Source: an uncultured delta proteobacterium (GTDB lineage Bacteria > Desulfobacterota > Binatia > UBA9968). Taken from it: 64,000 bases of DNA. Below are positions 10,230 through 20,321 of the stretch, piece by piece. The notes under the pieces are model-generated. The model worked only from the letters and a program-made list of their open reading frames with translations. It was not told the DNA's origin and ran no database searches. The stretch is from positions 640,001 to 704,000 of the forward strand of contig CAWFJP010000014.1 in NCBI GenBank assembly GCA_963816145.1. The letters are read 5' to 3'. Each line of letters opens with the position of its first letter. The stretch's first letter is position 1. Made by a program: the position numbers and the translations under genes.

Positions 10230-11396
10230 ATGAAATCCGCTCCCGACGCTGCACCTGAAATTCTTTCCACCAAGATCAAAGCCGCAGCGCAGCAATTGGG
10301 TTTCGATCTGGTCGGTATTTCACCGGTTCGGCTGCCGCCCCATGGCGAATCCTTCGCACGCTGGCTACGCGACGGCTTTGCCGGCGAGCTGGGTTACATG
10401 GGCCGGACGAAAGCGCTGCGCCGTGATCCTAATGAGCTCGTGCCTTGGGCGCAGTCGATTATTTCCGTCGGCATGAATTACTACACGCCCTACGCACGGT
10501 CTCAGAATCCAGCGGCCGCTGAAGGTTGGATTTCCCGCTACGCCTGGGGTTATGACTACCATGAACTCATCAAGGCGCGACTGGAGCAGTTGCTCGAAAC
10601 CATTCGAACTCTGTGCGACGGGAAAATCGAAGGGCGTGCCTTCGTCGATTCCGGCCCAGTGTTGGAACGAGACTTCGCCGGCGTCGCCGGCCTCGGTTGG
10701 ATCGGCAAGAACACCCATTTGATTTCGCCGCAACGGGGATCATGGTTTTTTTTGGGCGAACTGTTCGTCGATCTGCCACTGGCGCACGACCGGCCGATGC
10801 GTGACCGCTGCGGCCAATGCGACTTGTGTCTCAAAGCGTGCCCGACCAGCGCGTTTGCCGGACCTTATATTCTCGATGCGCGCCGCTGTATTTCTTATTT
10901 AACGATCGAACTCAAAGGCGCCATGCCGCGCCATCTGCGGTCGCTTGTGGGCAACCATATATTTGGCTGTGATATCTGCCAGGAAGTTTGCCCGTACAAT
11001 GTCAAATCGCAGGCAACGGCGGAGGCGGCGTTCGGGCCGCGCCCAGGCCTGTTCGCGCCGCAATTGATTCCTCTTCTATCATTGACCGACGCCGCGTTCC
11101 GCCAACGCTTCCGCGGCAGCCCGATCTTGCGCGCCAAACGGCGCGGCTTCTTGCGAAATGTCGCCGTGGCTTTGGGTAATTTGAAATCTCTGGAAGCCGT
11201 GCCGGCGTTGATTGCTTCGCTTGACGATGCAGAACCGTTAGTCCGTGGCCACGCAGGTTGGGCCTTGGGCGAGATCGGTTCGCAGGCCGCGGTCGAAGCG
11301 TTGCAGCGTCGTTTGCAGGTTGAAACCGACGACGAGGCGCGCGTGGAGATCGACGCAGCAATAAATCAGTTGCGCAAAGCCAGTGGGGAAGCGTAG
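10230..11396 (+). CDS. queG: Epoxyqueuosine reductase with C-terminal HEAT-like repeats
   Basis: ISRYAWGYDYH, VDSGPVLER, GWIGKN, CGQCDLCLKACP, CISYLTIE, GCDICQEVCP. Confidence 0.95.
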   Translation: MKSAPDAAPEILSTKIKAAAQQLGFDLVGISPVRLPPHGESFARWLRDGFAGELGYMGRTKALRRDPNELVPWAQSIISVGMNYYTPYARSQNPAAAEGWISRYAWGYDYHELIKARLEQLLETIRTLCDGKIEGRAFVDSGPVLERDFAGVAGLGWIGKNTHLISPQRGSWFFLGELFVDLPLAHDRPMRDRCGQCDLCLKACPTSAFAGPYILDARRCISYLTIELKGAMPRHLRSLVGNHIFGCDICQEVCPYNVKSQATAEAAFGPRPGLFAPQLIPLLSLTDAAFRQRFRGSPILRAKRRGFLRNVAVALGNLKSLEAVPALIASLDDAEPLVRGHAGWALGEIGSQAAVEALQRRLQVETDDEARVEIDAAINQLRKASGEA

Positions 11397-11977
11397 CGCG
11401 AGATAGCGTCTTGTGCTCTGTTGATCGACTTGACCCGTGATCTTGCACATCGGTGAGCCGGGGGCGCAATCGACTTCGGCAGGAGGCAGATCTGAACAAA
11501 CGGCTAGGGGAGGTTGTTGCGGAGATTGACGAGAGTCGACGCCTTAAGTCAAGATGTGACCATAATTCTTGGCCCTATCCCTCCCGGGAAATTTGTAAGC
11601 TGTGCGATCGCTCGAACTGAGGTTATCACCCTGTTGCAACGGAAATGGCTAAGCGGTCAGTGTGGAGGTTAATGGGTGCGCTTTGCATTTTCCCGATCTT
11701 TTGGTGTGCGGCTGCAACGCTGCCGAAACCACCAGCGGAATGTCGGAGGCGATGGCTTCAACGGTTGCTTGTCACCAATTCATTATCAAGTATTCCCCGC
11801 AGCGAATTTCTGATGTGTTTTAGTGTCGCAACGCTGAATCATCCCTGACGAAAGTAGCCATCCGGGATATGAAGGTTTAACGGCAAAATGTTTCGCGTCG
11901 TGCTACTCGACAGTGTGTTCGATCGCTAATGGTGGTACACCTTCGTGGGAATACGTAAATGACGTGAGGAGACAAAA

Positions 11978-12580
11978 ATGCGCGAGATATTGACAGGCAT
12001 TTTCACTTGGCCATGGTTTTCCGAACCGCATGGTTACAATTTTAACGGTCACTTCATTCAGCACGTCAGTGGCAATCTGTGCGTTGATCCCGTTGATCCT
12101 AGTGACGCCGACTTGGACGAAATGGCGCGGCAGGGCGTCGCGCGTATTCTCATCACCAATCGTAATCACTCAAGATCGGCGAACAAGATTCGCGCGCGCA
12201 CAGGGGCGCGGACGGCGATGCATCCGGCAGATGCGCCGCACGCACGCAAAGAGGGTGCGCTGTTGGACGACGAATTGAACCCAAGCGACAAGGTCGGGCC
12301 GTTCGTGGTGATCGACTCGCCGGGGAAGTCTTTAGGAGAAGTGGTTTTGCACTGGCCGGAGCGAAAAATTCTGCTGGTTGGCGATGCGCTGGTAGGCGAT
12401 CCGCCGGGAATGTGCAAGCTTCTGCCGGACAAAGTAGTCGACGATCCGGCGCGCTTTCGCGACAGCGCGCGCAGCCTACTCGACCTCGACTTCGATATCT
12501 TATTGGTTGGCGACGGTGTGCCGATTCTGCAATCTGCTAAAGAACAACTGCGGGCATTGGTAGAGACGTTTCCGCGGTGA
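11978..12580 (+). CDS. MBL-fold protein with non-canonical metal motif
   Basis: VDP, ILITNRNHSR in place of HxHxDH, SPGKS, LVGDAL, LVGDG; RBS gaggag. Confidence 0.7.
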   Translation: MREILTGIFTWPWFSEPHGYNFNGHFIQHVSGNLCVDPVDPSDADLDEMARQGVARILITNRNHSRSANKIRARTGARTAMHPADAPHARKEGALLDDELNPSDKVGPFVVIDSPGKSLGEVVLHWPERKILLVGDALVGDPPGMCKLLPDKVVDDPARFRDSARSLLDLDFDILLVGDGVPILQSAKEQLRALVETFPR

Positions 12581-12666
12581 TCCTCCGTTGGTTTGGAAAT
12601 CGCCGACGTTGCCGTGCCACCGGATGTCGACACGGTGATCGCAGATTTGCATTGCAAATCGCCGGT

Positions 12667-13095
12667 TTAGTCCTGGCGCTTTTGGATTGCTAGTTGGACG
12701 GCATCGGCGAGCATCTTCGGAATTCGTTTCAATTGCCCGTCGCGATCGATGCAGGCGTGTTTGGTCGATCCGGTGGCGAGGACGAGGTGGTCGGCTTGGC
12801 GGGAAATTTTGTATTCAAACATCAGATAGACCCGGCTCAGTTCAACTAATGTCGTGGCGATCTCGATGACATCGTCGTAGCGCGCCGATTGGGCATAGCG
12901 GCAGGCGACTTCCGCCACGGGAAAGTGGAAGCCCGCCGCTTCGATCTTGGCGTAGGGTAGGCCGATCTCGCGCAGGAATTCCGAACGGCCGCGTTCGAAC
13001 CAGCGCAGGTAGTTGGCGTAATAGACCACGCCCATTTGATCGGTGTCACCGTAGATCACCCGATAATTCGTGATGTTGGTTAAGTTTATCGTCAT
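12667..13095 (-). CDS. YbgC/FadM family acyl-CoA thioesterase
   Basis: RVIYGDTDQMGVVYYANYLRWFERGR hot-dog thioesterase motif. Confidence 0.9.
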   Translation of the reverse strand: MTINLTNITNYRVIYGDTDQMGVVYYANYLRWFERGRSEFLREIGLPYAKIEAAGFHFPVAEVACRYAQSARYDDVIEIATTLVELSRVYLMFEYKISRQADHLVLATGSTKHACIDRDGQLKRIPKMLADAVQLAIQKRQD

Positions 13096-13250
13096 GTAAT
13101 CGCCAAAGTAATTCTTTTTGCCGTGTTTCTCAAAGCGGAGTTGGGGCCGTCGCCTTGACAATTCGAAGTGAAGTATGTTTTAAGCTGAAGAAATCGCTGC
13201 GATTTTCTTGATACAATAATTTTGATTTTTGGGCTTGAGGAGGAAAGCGA

Positions 13251-13718
13251 ATGAATAAGTTAGTTCAATGTGCATCTTGGTCGGGCGGAGTGGTACTTGC
13301 GAGTTTGATCGTGTTTGCTTGCAGCTCGGTGGATGAGAAACCGGCTGCACCAGCGCCAAAACCGGCCGCGGCCGCACCGGCGGCGAAACCGCCTGCTGCG
13401 GCACCAGCACCGGCACCGGCAAAAACCGAAGCGGTGAAGGCGACCAAGACCAAGGCCGTTGAAGTTGAAGGCGTGATCAGCGCGGTTGGCCAACGGACGA
13501 TCACATTCCAGATGGAGCGCAAGGGTAAAGTGCGCGAAGAAGTCGTCGGTGTCGATGACAAAACCAAGATCGAAAAAGGCGGCGCCAATGTGAAGCTTAG
13601 CGATCTGGCAGCCACGGACAAAGGGATGATCAATTACGAACCTGACGCGTATACGCCGGCGCTTGGGATCAAGATTACCGGCAAAGGCGAGATTAAAAAG
13701 GTCGGCGGCGACGATTAG
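13251..13718 (+). CDS. Lipoprotein with Pro/Ala-rich linker and small beta-rich (OB-fold-like) domain
   Basis: RBS gaggagg; lipobox VFAC; PAAPAPKPAAA linker; VEGVISAV...LSDL..GD-type pattern. Confidence 0.75.
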   Translation: MNKLVQCASWSGGVVLASLIVFACSSVDEKPAAPAPKPAAAAPAAKPPAAAPAPAPAKTEAVKATKTKAVEVEGVISAVGQRTITFQMERKGKVREEVVGVDDKTKIEKGGANVKLSDLAATDKGMINYEPDAYTPALGIKITGKGEIKKVGGDD

Positions 13719-14617
13719 GTGCGGTAACGATCGGCGCGATCGCCGCCGATCACTTCGATATCGACGGCTTCGTCATCGCGAATCACTCTAAACAAGATCC
13801 GTTCTCCCGGACGCTTTTTCCACATCTCATGATAAAGCTCCTGGCGGGAACGGATCTTGTTGTTTTCAACCGATAAGATCACATCGCCGGCCTTGAGGCC
13901 GCTTTTCGCCGCCGGTCCGTTGCCGGTGACATTGCCGATCACCACCAGGCCCGCGACGCCCTGCGTGTAGATTCCCAACCAGGGTCGTCGCGCCCGGCTG
14001 CGCACCTGGCCATACTGCTTGAGCTCTTGCTCATAGGTTCGGTAGTATTCGATCGGGATCGCCATAGTGAACTTGCCGACCTCGTTCAAGTTCAGCGAGA
14101 CGATGCCGGCCAGTTCGCCGCGAAAGTTAGCCAACGTGCCGCCGCCGAAACCGGGATTGAAAGCGGTGACGCGGATCGACTTATCTATCATGTATTCCCA
14201 TTCGCCGTCGTAACCGGCCAAGGAGCTGACATAGCCGCCGCTAACGCGCCGGCCGTTTTTGCCGCTGCTGGCGATCATGACCACCTCTTGTCCGAGCTTT
14301 AGCGAGTCGGGCGCCGCTAATTTTAGAAAGGGGAGATCGCGTCCGGGGATTTTGACCAGCGAGAGACCCGACTCTTGGTCCTGCGCCACGACTTGTCCCG
14401 GATATTCTTCGCCATCCGGTAGGGTGACGGTGATTGACGCGGCGCCGATGGTGACATAGTGAACCGTGAGGACGTAACCACTAGGATCGATGATTGTCCC
14501 CGATCCGACCCGTTCGGCGCCGAGGTTGCGCGCCGAGGGGTGGCTTTCCGGTATGGTCACTTGCAGATCAACCGTTGCCGGTATGATCGAATGAATCAAT
14601 CCGATATGGCCGTTCAA
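13715..14617 (-). CDS. S1C (HtrA-like) protease homolog with PDZ domain, catalytic triad degenerate
   Basis: GSGTIID, VLTVHY, NPGFGGG, RPWLGI, GPAAKSGLKAGDVI. Confidence 0.82.
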   Translation of the reverse strand: MNGHIGLIHSIIPATVDLQVTIPESHPSARNLGAERVGSGTIIDPSGYVLTVHYVTIGAASITVTLPDGEEYPGQVVAQDQESGLSLVKIPGRDLPFLKLAAPDSLKLGQEVVMIASSGKNGRRVSGGYVSSLAGYDGEWEYMIDKSIRVTAFNPGFGGGTLANFRGELAGIVSLNLNEVGKFTMAIPIEYYRTYEQELKQYGQVRSRARRPWLGIYTQGVAGLVVIGNVTGNGPAAKSGLKAGDVILSVENNKIRSRQELYHEMWKKRPGERILFRVIRDDEAVDIEVIGGDRADRYRT

Positions 14618-15612
14618 AGTACTGCTCCTTCATTGCACATGCTCGGTAAGCTAGTCCGAATCTCCGGTTTTGTATAGAGCCGGCCTTGCCAAGCGTCGCG
14701 CCACATCAATTGCCGATGGATCGTGTTGTGCATGCCGCGCTTGTCGACGGACCAAGCCGGAGCAACTGTGATGGTGCGTTGCGCTTCGGCGGAGAGCCGG
14801 TGCATGACGATTTCGGGATTCAAGCGTTCGAGAAAGTCCACCACCAGCGCGGCATAGTCCTCTTGGCTTAACAGCGGCACGGCGCCGGCAAGGTAGTATT
14901 TTTCTAGCACGGTATTTTTCAGTACATGAAGATTGTGCAGCTTAACTCCGTCGATACCGAGCCGATTAAAAAATACCGCGGTCTCCAGGATCTCGTCGCG
15001 GCTTTCGCCGGGAAACCCAAGGATAAGATGCGTGCAGATTCTTAAGCCGCGGCCCTGGGCGCGCTGGACGGCATCGATATATTGCGCCAAGTCATGGCCG
15101 CGATTGATCCAGCGTAATGTCCGGTCGCGCATGGATTCCAGTCCAAGCTCAAGCCAGAGATAAGTTTGCCGCGCTAGCCGAGCTAAGAGCTCGAGTGTTT
15201 CGTCGGCCAGACAGTCCGGCCGGGTGGCGACGGCGAGTCCGATGACGCCCGGGAATGCCAAGGCTTCGCGATAGAGTTGTTCCAAGCGGTCCACCGTATC
15301 ATAGGTATTCGTATAACTCTGAAAGTAGGCGATGAAGCGTTCGGCATGGTGGCGCCGGCGGATCACCTCAGCGCCTTGTTCGAGTTGCTCGGTCACCGAC
15401 ATGCGCGGCCGATAGTTTGCCGGTGTATGGCTCGAGTTGTTGCAGTAGATGCAGCCGCCCACCGCGACCGTGCCGTCGCGATTGGGGCAGGTGAAGTCAA
15501 GCCGCAGGCCGATCTTGTAGACTCTGGCGTCGAAGCCGTCGCGCAGCACACGATTGAAGGAGTTGAACCGCTTGCCATGCCAGAGGGTTTGAAGATGGGC
15601 GGGAAAATTCAT
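14614..15612 (-). CDS. yhcC: TIGR01212/YhcC family radical SAM protein
   Basis: FTCPNRDG...GGCIYC, AYFQSYTNTY, TRPDC, ELGLES, KLHNLH. Confidence 0.9.
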   Translation of the reverse strand: MNFPAHLQTLWHGKRFNSFNRVLRDGFDARVYKIGLRLDFTCPNRDGTVAVGGCIYCNNSSHTPANYRPRMSVTEQLEQGAEVIRRRHHAERFIAYFQSYTNTYDTVDRLEQLYREALAFPGVIGLAVATRPDCLADETLELLARLARQTYLWLELGLESMRDRTLRWINRGHDLAQYIDAVQRAQGRGLRICTHLILGFPGESRDEILETAVFFNRLGIDGVKLHNLHVLKNTVLEKYYLAGAVPLLSQEDYAALVVDFLERLNPEIVMHRLSAEAQRTITVAPAWSVDKRGMHNTIHRQLMWRDAWQGRLYTKPEIRTSLPSMCNEGAVL

Positions 15613-15815
15613 GGGCTGGACAAAAAAGGGTTAACAAAATGACGGGGATTTCACAAGCCGATGGCCGCTCGCGTTAGGTACTCGGTCCGATTCGGCGCTT
15701 GCCGTGGAAGTGCTGAATAAATCATGCACTTTTGAACCACTGGCAGGCCCGTCGGCTTGACATCCTGGGCGATTGCCGATATTGAATAACTTTAAAACGG
15801 CCCGCATTATCGCCG

Positions 15816-16352
15816 ATGAAAATCTCCATCGACGAGATTCCTCAAACCCCCAAAGAGATCGCATTCTCCGAAAGTGTTGAGGAACTCAATAAAATTTATA
15901 GCCAAAGCAGCAATCGTGAGTTTGGCTTTCCAGCGTCCTTGGAGGTCGAACTCCGCTACTATCGTGCGGCGGCGGACTTGTTTTTCGACGGCCGCATTAG
16001 CGGAGAATTGCGCGCTGTCTGTGGCCGGTGTGCCGAAGATTATCTGTTTCGTATGGATCAGCCCTTCGAGTTTGTGCTGATCCCGGGCCCGGCTAAAGCT
16101 GAGCGCAAAGCCGAGGAGCTGCATCGCGATGATTTGGGTTTGAGTTATTACTCGGGAGACGAGATCGATCTGGCGCCGTTGATCGCCGAGCAGGTGATAC
16201 TGGCATTGCCGACGCAACCGTTGTGCGCGGAAAATTGCCGCGGCTTGTGCGCGAGCTGCGGCACCAATCTCAATCGTGAAAGCTGCTCCTGCGCATCGCC
16301 CAAGGGGGATCCGCGCATGGCGGTTTTTCGAACGTTAAAAGTGGGACGTTGA
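15816..16352 (+). CDS. yceD: YceD/DUF177 protein
   Basis: CGRC, LP..PLC...CRGLC..CG.NLN, DPR; upstream of rpmF. Confidence 0.93.
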   Translation: MKISIDEIPQTPKEIAFSESVEELNKIYSQSSNREFGFPASLEVELRYYRAAADLFFDGRISGELRAVCGRCAEDYLFRMDQPFEFVLIPGPAKAERKAEELHRDDLGLSYYSGDEIDLAPLIAEQVILALPTQPLCAENCRGLCASCGTNLNRESCSCASPKGDPRMAVFRTLKVGR

Positions 16353-16404
16353 AATATTTTCAATATAGCTGCCGCTCGAGGCAGAGAAAGATAGGACGAA
16401 TCAA

Positions 16405-16587
16405 ATGCCGGTACCGAAAAGACGCACTTCGAAGCGGGTGAAGAACCAACGCCGTGCCCATGACCATCTGACCAAGCCGCAGTGGAGCGCCTGCGCCAAC
16501 TGTGGCGAGACGGTATTGCCCCATCGCGCCTGCGCTCACTGCGGCTTTTATCGTGGCCGCGCCGTGATTCAAGCTGAAAATAGCTAA
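16405..16587 (+). CDS. rpmF: 50S ribosomal protein L32 (Zn-binding form)
   Basis: [26 protein letters not shown]. Confidence 0.97.
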   Translation: MPVPKRRTSKRVKNQRRAHDHLTKPQWSACANCGETVLPHRACAHCGFYRGRAVIQAENS

Positions 16588-16605
16588 ATTTCAATTCCGC
16601 CAGCT

Positions 16606-17724
16606 ATGCCGAAAATCGCCGTCGACGCGATGGGCGGAGACCGAGCCCCAGGAGTTGTGATCGAAGGGGTCTTGCTTGCCCGCCAGGAGCTCGGCGCGGA
16701 AATCGTCCTGGTCGGTCCGGCTGAAGTCGTCGCGGCTGAACTCGCCAAACATCCCGGTGCGCCTCAAATAGCCATAGCCCCGGCATCGCAAGTGGTGCCG
16801 ATGCATGAGTCTCCCAGCGTCGCCTTGCGCAAAAAAGATTCGTCGATGCGGGTCGCCTTTGACCTGATGAAGCGTGGCGACGCCGATGCGGTGGTCAGCG
16901 CGGGAAATTCCGGGGCTATGATGGCACTTGGTATGTTTGTTATGGGCACGCTTTCCCAAGTGGTGCGGCCGGCGATTCTCGTCGTGGTTCCGAGCATGGG
17001 CGAGGGCACGGTGATTGTCGATGCCGGTGCCAACGTCGATTGTAAACCTAAACATCTGTTGCAATTTGGCCTCATGGGCTCGATCTATGCCGAAAGCGTC
17101 CTAGGTGTGGACAGGCCGCGTGTCGGCGTGTTGAGCAATGGCGAGGAGCCGAGTAAGGGCACGGAATTGACCCGTGCCGCCAGCGCGCTGTTAGAGGCGA
17201 CTGCGCTGAACTATGTCGGCTATGTCGAGGGGCGGGATATTTTTAACGACAACGTGGATGTCGTCGTGTGCGACGGCTTCACCGGCAATGTCGCGCTCAA
17301 GACCATGGAAGGGGTGGCAAGTTTTGCCAGTGACGTCCTCAAGGGCGCGTTTGAAAAAAATCTTTCCAGTAAGGTCGGCTACTTGATGAGCCGAAACTCG
17401 CTGCGGGCGGCCTATCGTAAATTGGATTATGCCGAGTACGGCGGCGCACCGCTGATCGGTTTGGACGGTGTAGCGATCGTCGCTCATGGCGGCTCCAGTC
17501 CGTTGGCGGTGAAGAGCGCGATTCGCCTGGCATGCGACGCCGTCAACCATGAGATGAATCGTCGCATTGCAACGGCTTTGGGCGACACCGATGGCGGTGA
17601 CGACGGCAAGAAAGAGGGCCTGCCGCACAAGCTCTGGGCTCGCCTCAAATCGAAAATAGATTCCATCGGTGACAAGCCCGATCCTGAGGTTGGCACAGGT
17701 AAGCGGAGGAGCGGTGGCGAGTAG
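16606..17724 (+). CDS. plsX: Phosphate acyltransferase PlsX
   Basis: IAVDAMGGD, SAGNSGA, DAGAN, DGFTGNV.LK..EG, HGGS. Confidence 0.96.
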   Translation: MPKIAVDAMGGDRAPGVVIEGVLLARQELGAEIVLVGPAEVVAAELAKHPGAPQIAIAPASQVVPMHESPSVALRKKDSSMRVAFDLMKRGDADAVVSAGNSGAMMALGMFVMGTLSQVVRPAILVVVPSMGEGTVIVDAGANVDCKPKHLLQFGLMGSIYAESVLGVDRPRVGVLSNGEEPSKGTELTRAASALLEATALNYVGYVEGRDIFNDNVDVVVCDGFTGNVALKTMEGVASFASDVLKGAFEKNLSSKVGYLMSRNSLRAAYRKLDYAEYGGAPLIGLDGVAIVAHGGSSPLAVKSAIRLACDAVNHEMNRRIATALGDTDGGDDGKKEGLPHKLWARLKSKIDSIGDKPDPEVGTGKRRSGGE

Positions 17725-18658
17725 CGATATCGCATTCGTATTTCCCGGGCAGGGTTCGCAATCCGTCGGCATGGGCCAAGACCTATGCGATCAATTTGCC
17801 GTGGCCAAGGAAGTCTTTGCCGAGGCCGACGAGGCACTCGAGTTTTCTCTGAGCCAGCTCTGCTTTTCCGGTCCCGAAGACGATTTGAAGCTCACCGAAA
17901 ATACCCAACCGGCGATACTAACTATGTCGATCGCCGCGCTGCGCGTGCTTGAAGCGGAAACCGACCTGCGCCCGGTCTATGTCGCCGGCCATAGCCTTGG
18001 CGAGTATAGCGCCCTGGTTGCGGTGCGAGCTTTGGCGTTTCGCGATGCTGTAAAAGTCGTCCGCGAGCGCGGCCGCTTGATGCAACAAGCCGTACCTGCC
18101 GGCCAGGGCGCCATGGCCGTAATCCTGGGATTGGAGAGGAATGCCGTACAAACGTTGTGCGCCGATGCCAGCCAGGACGAAGTGGTCGAGCCGGCCAATT
18201 ACAACGGCGGTGGACAGATTGTCATCGCCGGTGCTAAGAACGCTGTGGTGCGCGCCATGGCCCTGGCCAAAGAGCGCGGCGCTAAGCGCGCCCTCGATTT
18301 GCCGGTGAGCGCGCCGTTCCATTGCGCGCTGATGCGGCCTGCGGCCGACCGTCTGAACCAGGTGTTGCAAAACGTTCCAATCAATCCATTCACCGTCGGT
18401 GTCGTGACCAACGTCGAGGCCGAAGTTAATCGCGATTGCAATCGGGTGAAGCAGTTACTTGTCGAACAAGCGGTGCGGCCGGTACGTTGGGAAGAGTCGG
18501 TTAAGAAGCTTGCAGCATTGGGCTGTCAACAAGCCTTGGAGATTGGCCCCGGCAAGGTGCTCAAGGGCTTGATTAAGCGTATCGTGCCGACGTTGATTAC
18601 TGATAATCTTGAAACGCCGGCGGACCTGGCCAGGCTGAAAGCCGCTAGGCATGGCTAG
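17714..18658 (+). CDS. fabD: Malonyl-CoA:ACP transacylase
   Basis: FPGQGSQ, TQPAI, GHSLGEY, VSAPFH; GTG start after ggagga. Confidence 0.96.
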   Translation: MASSDIAFVFPGQGSQSVGMGQDLCDQFAVAKEVFAEADEALEFSLSQLCFSGPEDDLKLTENTQPAILTMSIAALRVLEAETDLRPVYVAGHSLGEYSALVAVRALAFRDAVKVVRERGRLMQQAVPAGQGAMAVILGLERNAVQTLCADASQDEVVEPANYNGGGQIVIAGAKNAVVRAMALAKERGAKRALDLPVSAPFHCALMRPAADRLNQVLQNVPINPFTVGVVTNVEAEVNRDCNRVKQLLVEQAVRPVRWEESVKKLAALGCQQALEIGPGKVLKGLIKRIVPTLITDNLETPADLARLKAARHG

Positions 18659-19397
18659 TCTTCAAGGTCAGATCGCCTTGGTCACCGGCGCCAGCCGCGG
18701 AATCGGTCGGGCCATTGCGCTGGCGCTCGGCCAAGCTGGCGCTCACGTGGTCATCAATTACAAGGGCAATCAATCCGCAGCGGAACAGACGCTTAGCCTG
18801 TTGCGGGCGGCTAACGGTAACGGTGAACTCAGGGCTTTTAATATTGCCGATGAGGCTCAGGTGGATGCGGCCGTGAAGCAGATCGTCGATGCGCACCAGA
18901 GGGTCGATGTTCTCGTCAACAATGCCGGCGTTACGTCGGATAGTTTGCTGATGCGGATGAAAACGGCGGACTGGGATCAAGTCATCGGCACTAATCTCAA
19001 GGGCACGATGCTGTGCACTAAAGTCGTGTCGCGCCAGATGATCAAGCAGCGCACCGGCCGCATCGTCAATCTTTCTTCTGTCGTCGGCCAAATGGGCAAT
19101 GTCGGACAGTCGCTTTACGCCGCGTCTAAAGCTGGCATCATCGGCTTTACCAAAGCGATGGCGCGGGAGTTGGCGTCACGTGGCATTACCGTCAATGCCG
19201 TGGCGCCGGGTTTCATCGACACCGATATGACGACCCGATTGCCGGAAAAATTGCGTGAGGAATTTCTCCGCTCCATCCCCTTGGGACGCTTCGGCACTTG
19301 CCAGGAAGTCGCCGATATGGTTGTGTTTCTAGCCGGACCGGGGGGCGGCTATGTGACCGGCCAGGTGTTTAACGTCAACGGCGGCTTATACATGTAA
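18651..19397 (+). CDS. fabG: 3-oxoacyl-ACP reductase
   Basis: TGASRGIG, NNAG, YAASK, APGFIDTDMT, VNGGLYM. Confidence 0.96.
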   Translation: MASLQGQIALVTGASRGIGRAIALALGQAGAHVVINYKGNQSAAEQTLSLLRAANGNGELRAFNIADEAQVDAAVKQIVDAHQRVDVLVNNAGVTSDSLLMRMKTADWDQVIGTNLKGTMLCTKVVSRQMIKQRTGRIVNLSSVVGQMGNVGQSLYAASKAGIIGFTKAMARELASRGITVNAVAPGFIDTDMTTRLPEKLREEFLRSIPLGRFGTCQEVADMVVFLAGPGGGYVTGQVFNVNGGLYM

Positions 19398-19421
19398 TGA
19401 TTCAAACAGGAGGTAGTGAAG

Positions 19422-19658
19422 ATGGCGGGATCGATTAAGGACAGAGTGAAAGAAATCGTGTGCGAGCAACTCGGCGTGAGCGCCGACGAAGTGACACCGG
19501 AAGCGTCGTTTATCGAGGATCTGGGCGCCGACTCGCTCGATATCGTCGAGCTGGTGATGGCGCTGGAAGAGGAATATGAGATGGAAATCTCCGACGAAGA
19601 CGCAGAGAAGATCAAGACCGTCCAGGATATCATCACCTACATTGAGGCGCATCGATAA
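19422..19658 (+). CDS. acpP: Acyl carrier protein
   Basis: [19 protein letters not shown]; RBS aggagg. Confidence 0.97.
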   Translation: MAGSIKDRVKEIVCEQLGVSADEVTPEASFIEDLGADSLDIVELVMALEEEYEMEISDEDAEKIKTVQDIITYIEAHR

Positions 19659-19831
19659 CCGCCTTTGTCCGTTCGCCATGCACCCTGGTCGGGTGCCGGC
19701 GCTGCGGACTTCGTCATTGCAAATTCGGGTTCGATGTCGCTGCAGCGACAGTATCCGGCAACTGCGCTTCGGTATTTTGCTCTTGCTGATTCACGTCCGG
19801 CATTGACATATCGGGAGGACCGCGTGAAATC

Positions 19832-20302
19832 ATGATCGCCATCGGCTGCGACCACGGCGGCGTGGAGTTGAAAGATTTTTTAGTCGGCTATTTGCGCGCC
19901 AGAGGCGCCGAGGTCTGCGATTTCGGTACTCAGGGCCGAGACTCGGTGGATTATCCGGATTACGGCCGGGAAGTCTCACAGCGGGTTTCTGCTGGCCAAG
20001 CCGAGCGCGGCGTGCTGATCTGCACCAGCGGTATCGGCATGTCGATCGTCGCCAATAAATTTCCCGGCGTGCGTGCGGCGTTGGTAGCGGATCTCGATGG
20101 CGCCCGTTCGAGCCGCGAACATAACGACGCCAATATCTTGGTTCTGAGCGGCGCCAAGACCGAACCACAGCTGGCCCAAGAGATTATCGAGACCTGGTTG
20201 GCCACTCAGTTTGCCGGCGGCCGCCACCAGCGGCGGGTCGATAAAATTACCCAAGTTGAGCAAGAAATCGGCGACCGCTCTAACGGTCAGCCCAAACCGT
20301 AA
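19832..20302 (+). CDS. rpiB: Ribose-5-phosphate isomerase B
   Basis: [36 protein letters not shown]. Confidence 0.95.
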   Translation: MIAIGCDHGGVELKDFLVGYLRARGAEVCDFGTQGRDSVDYPDYGREVSQRVSAGQAERGVLICTSGIGMSIVANKFPGVRAALVADLDGARSSREHNDANILVLSGAKTEPQLAQEIIETWLATQFAGGRHQRRVDKITQVEQEIGDRSNGQPKP

Positions 20303-20321
20303 AGTTTCTGAAGGAACCGTC

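Noticed and set aside
11459-11500. tmRNA 5' end (gggggcg...)
   Set aside because: No matching 3' tRNA-like end with T-arm and CCA at a plausible distance; no tag reading frame recognised
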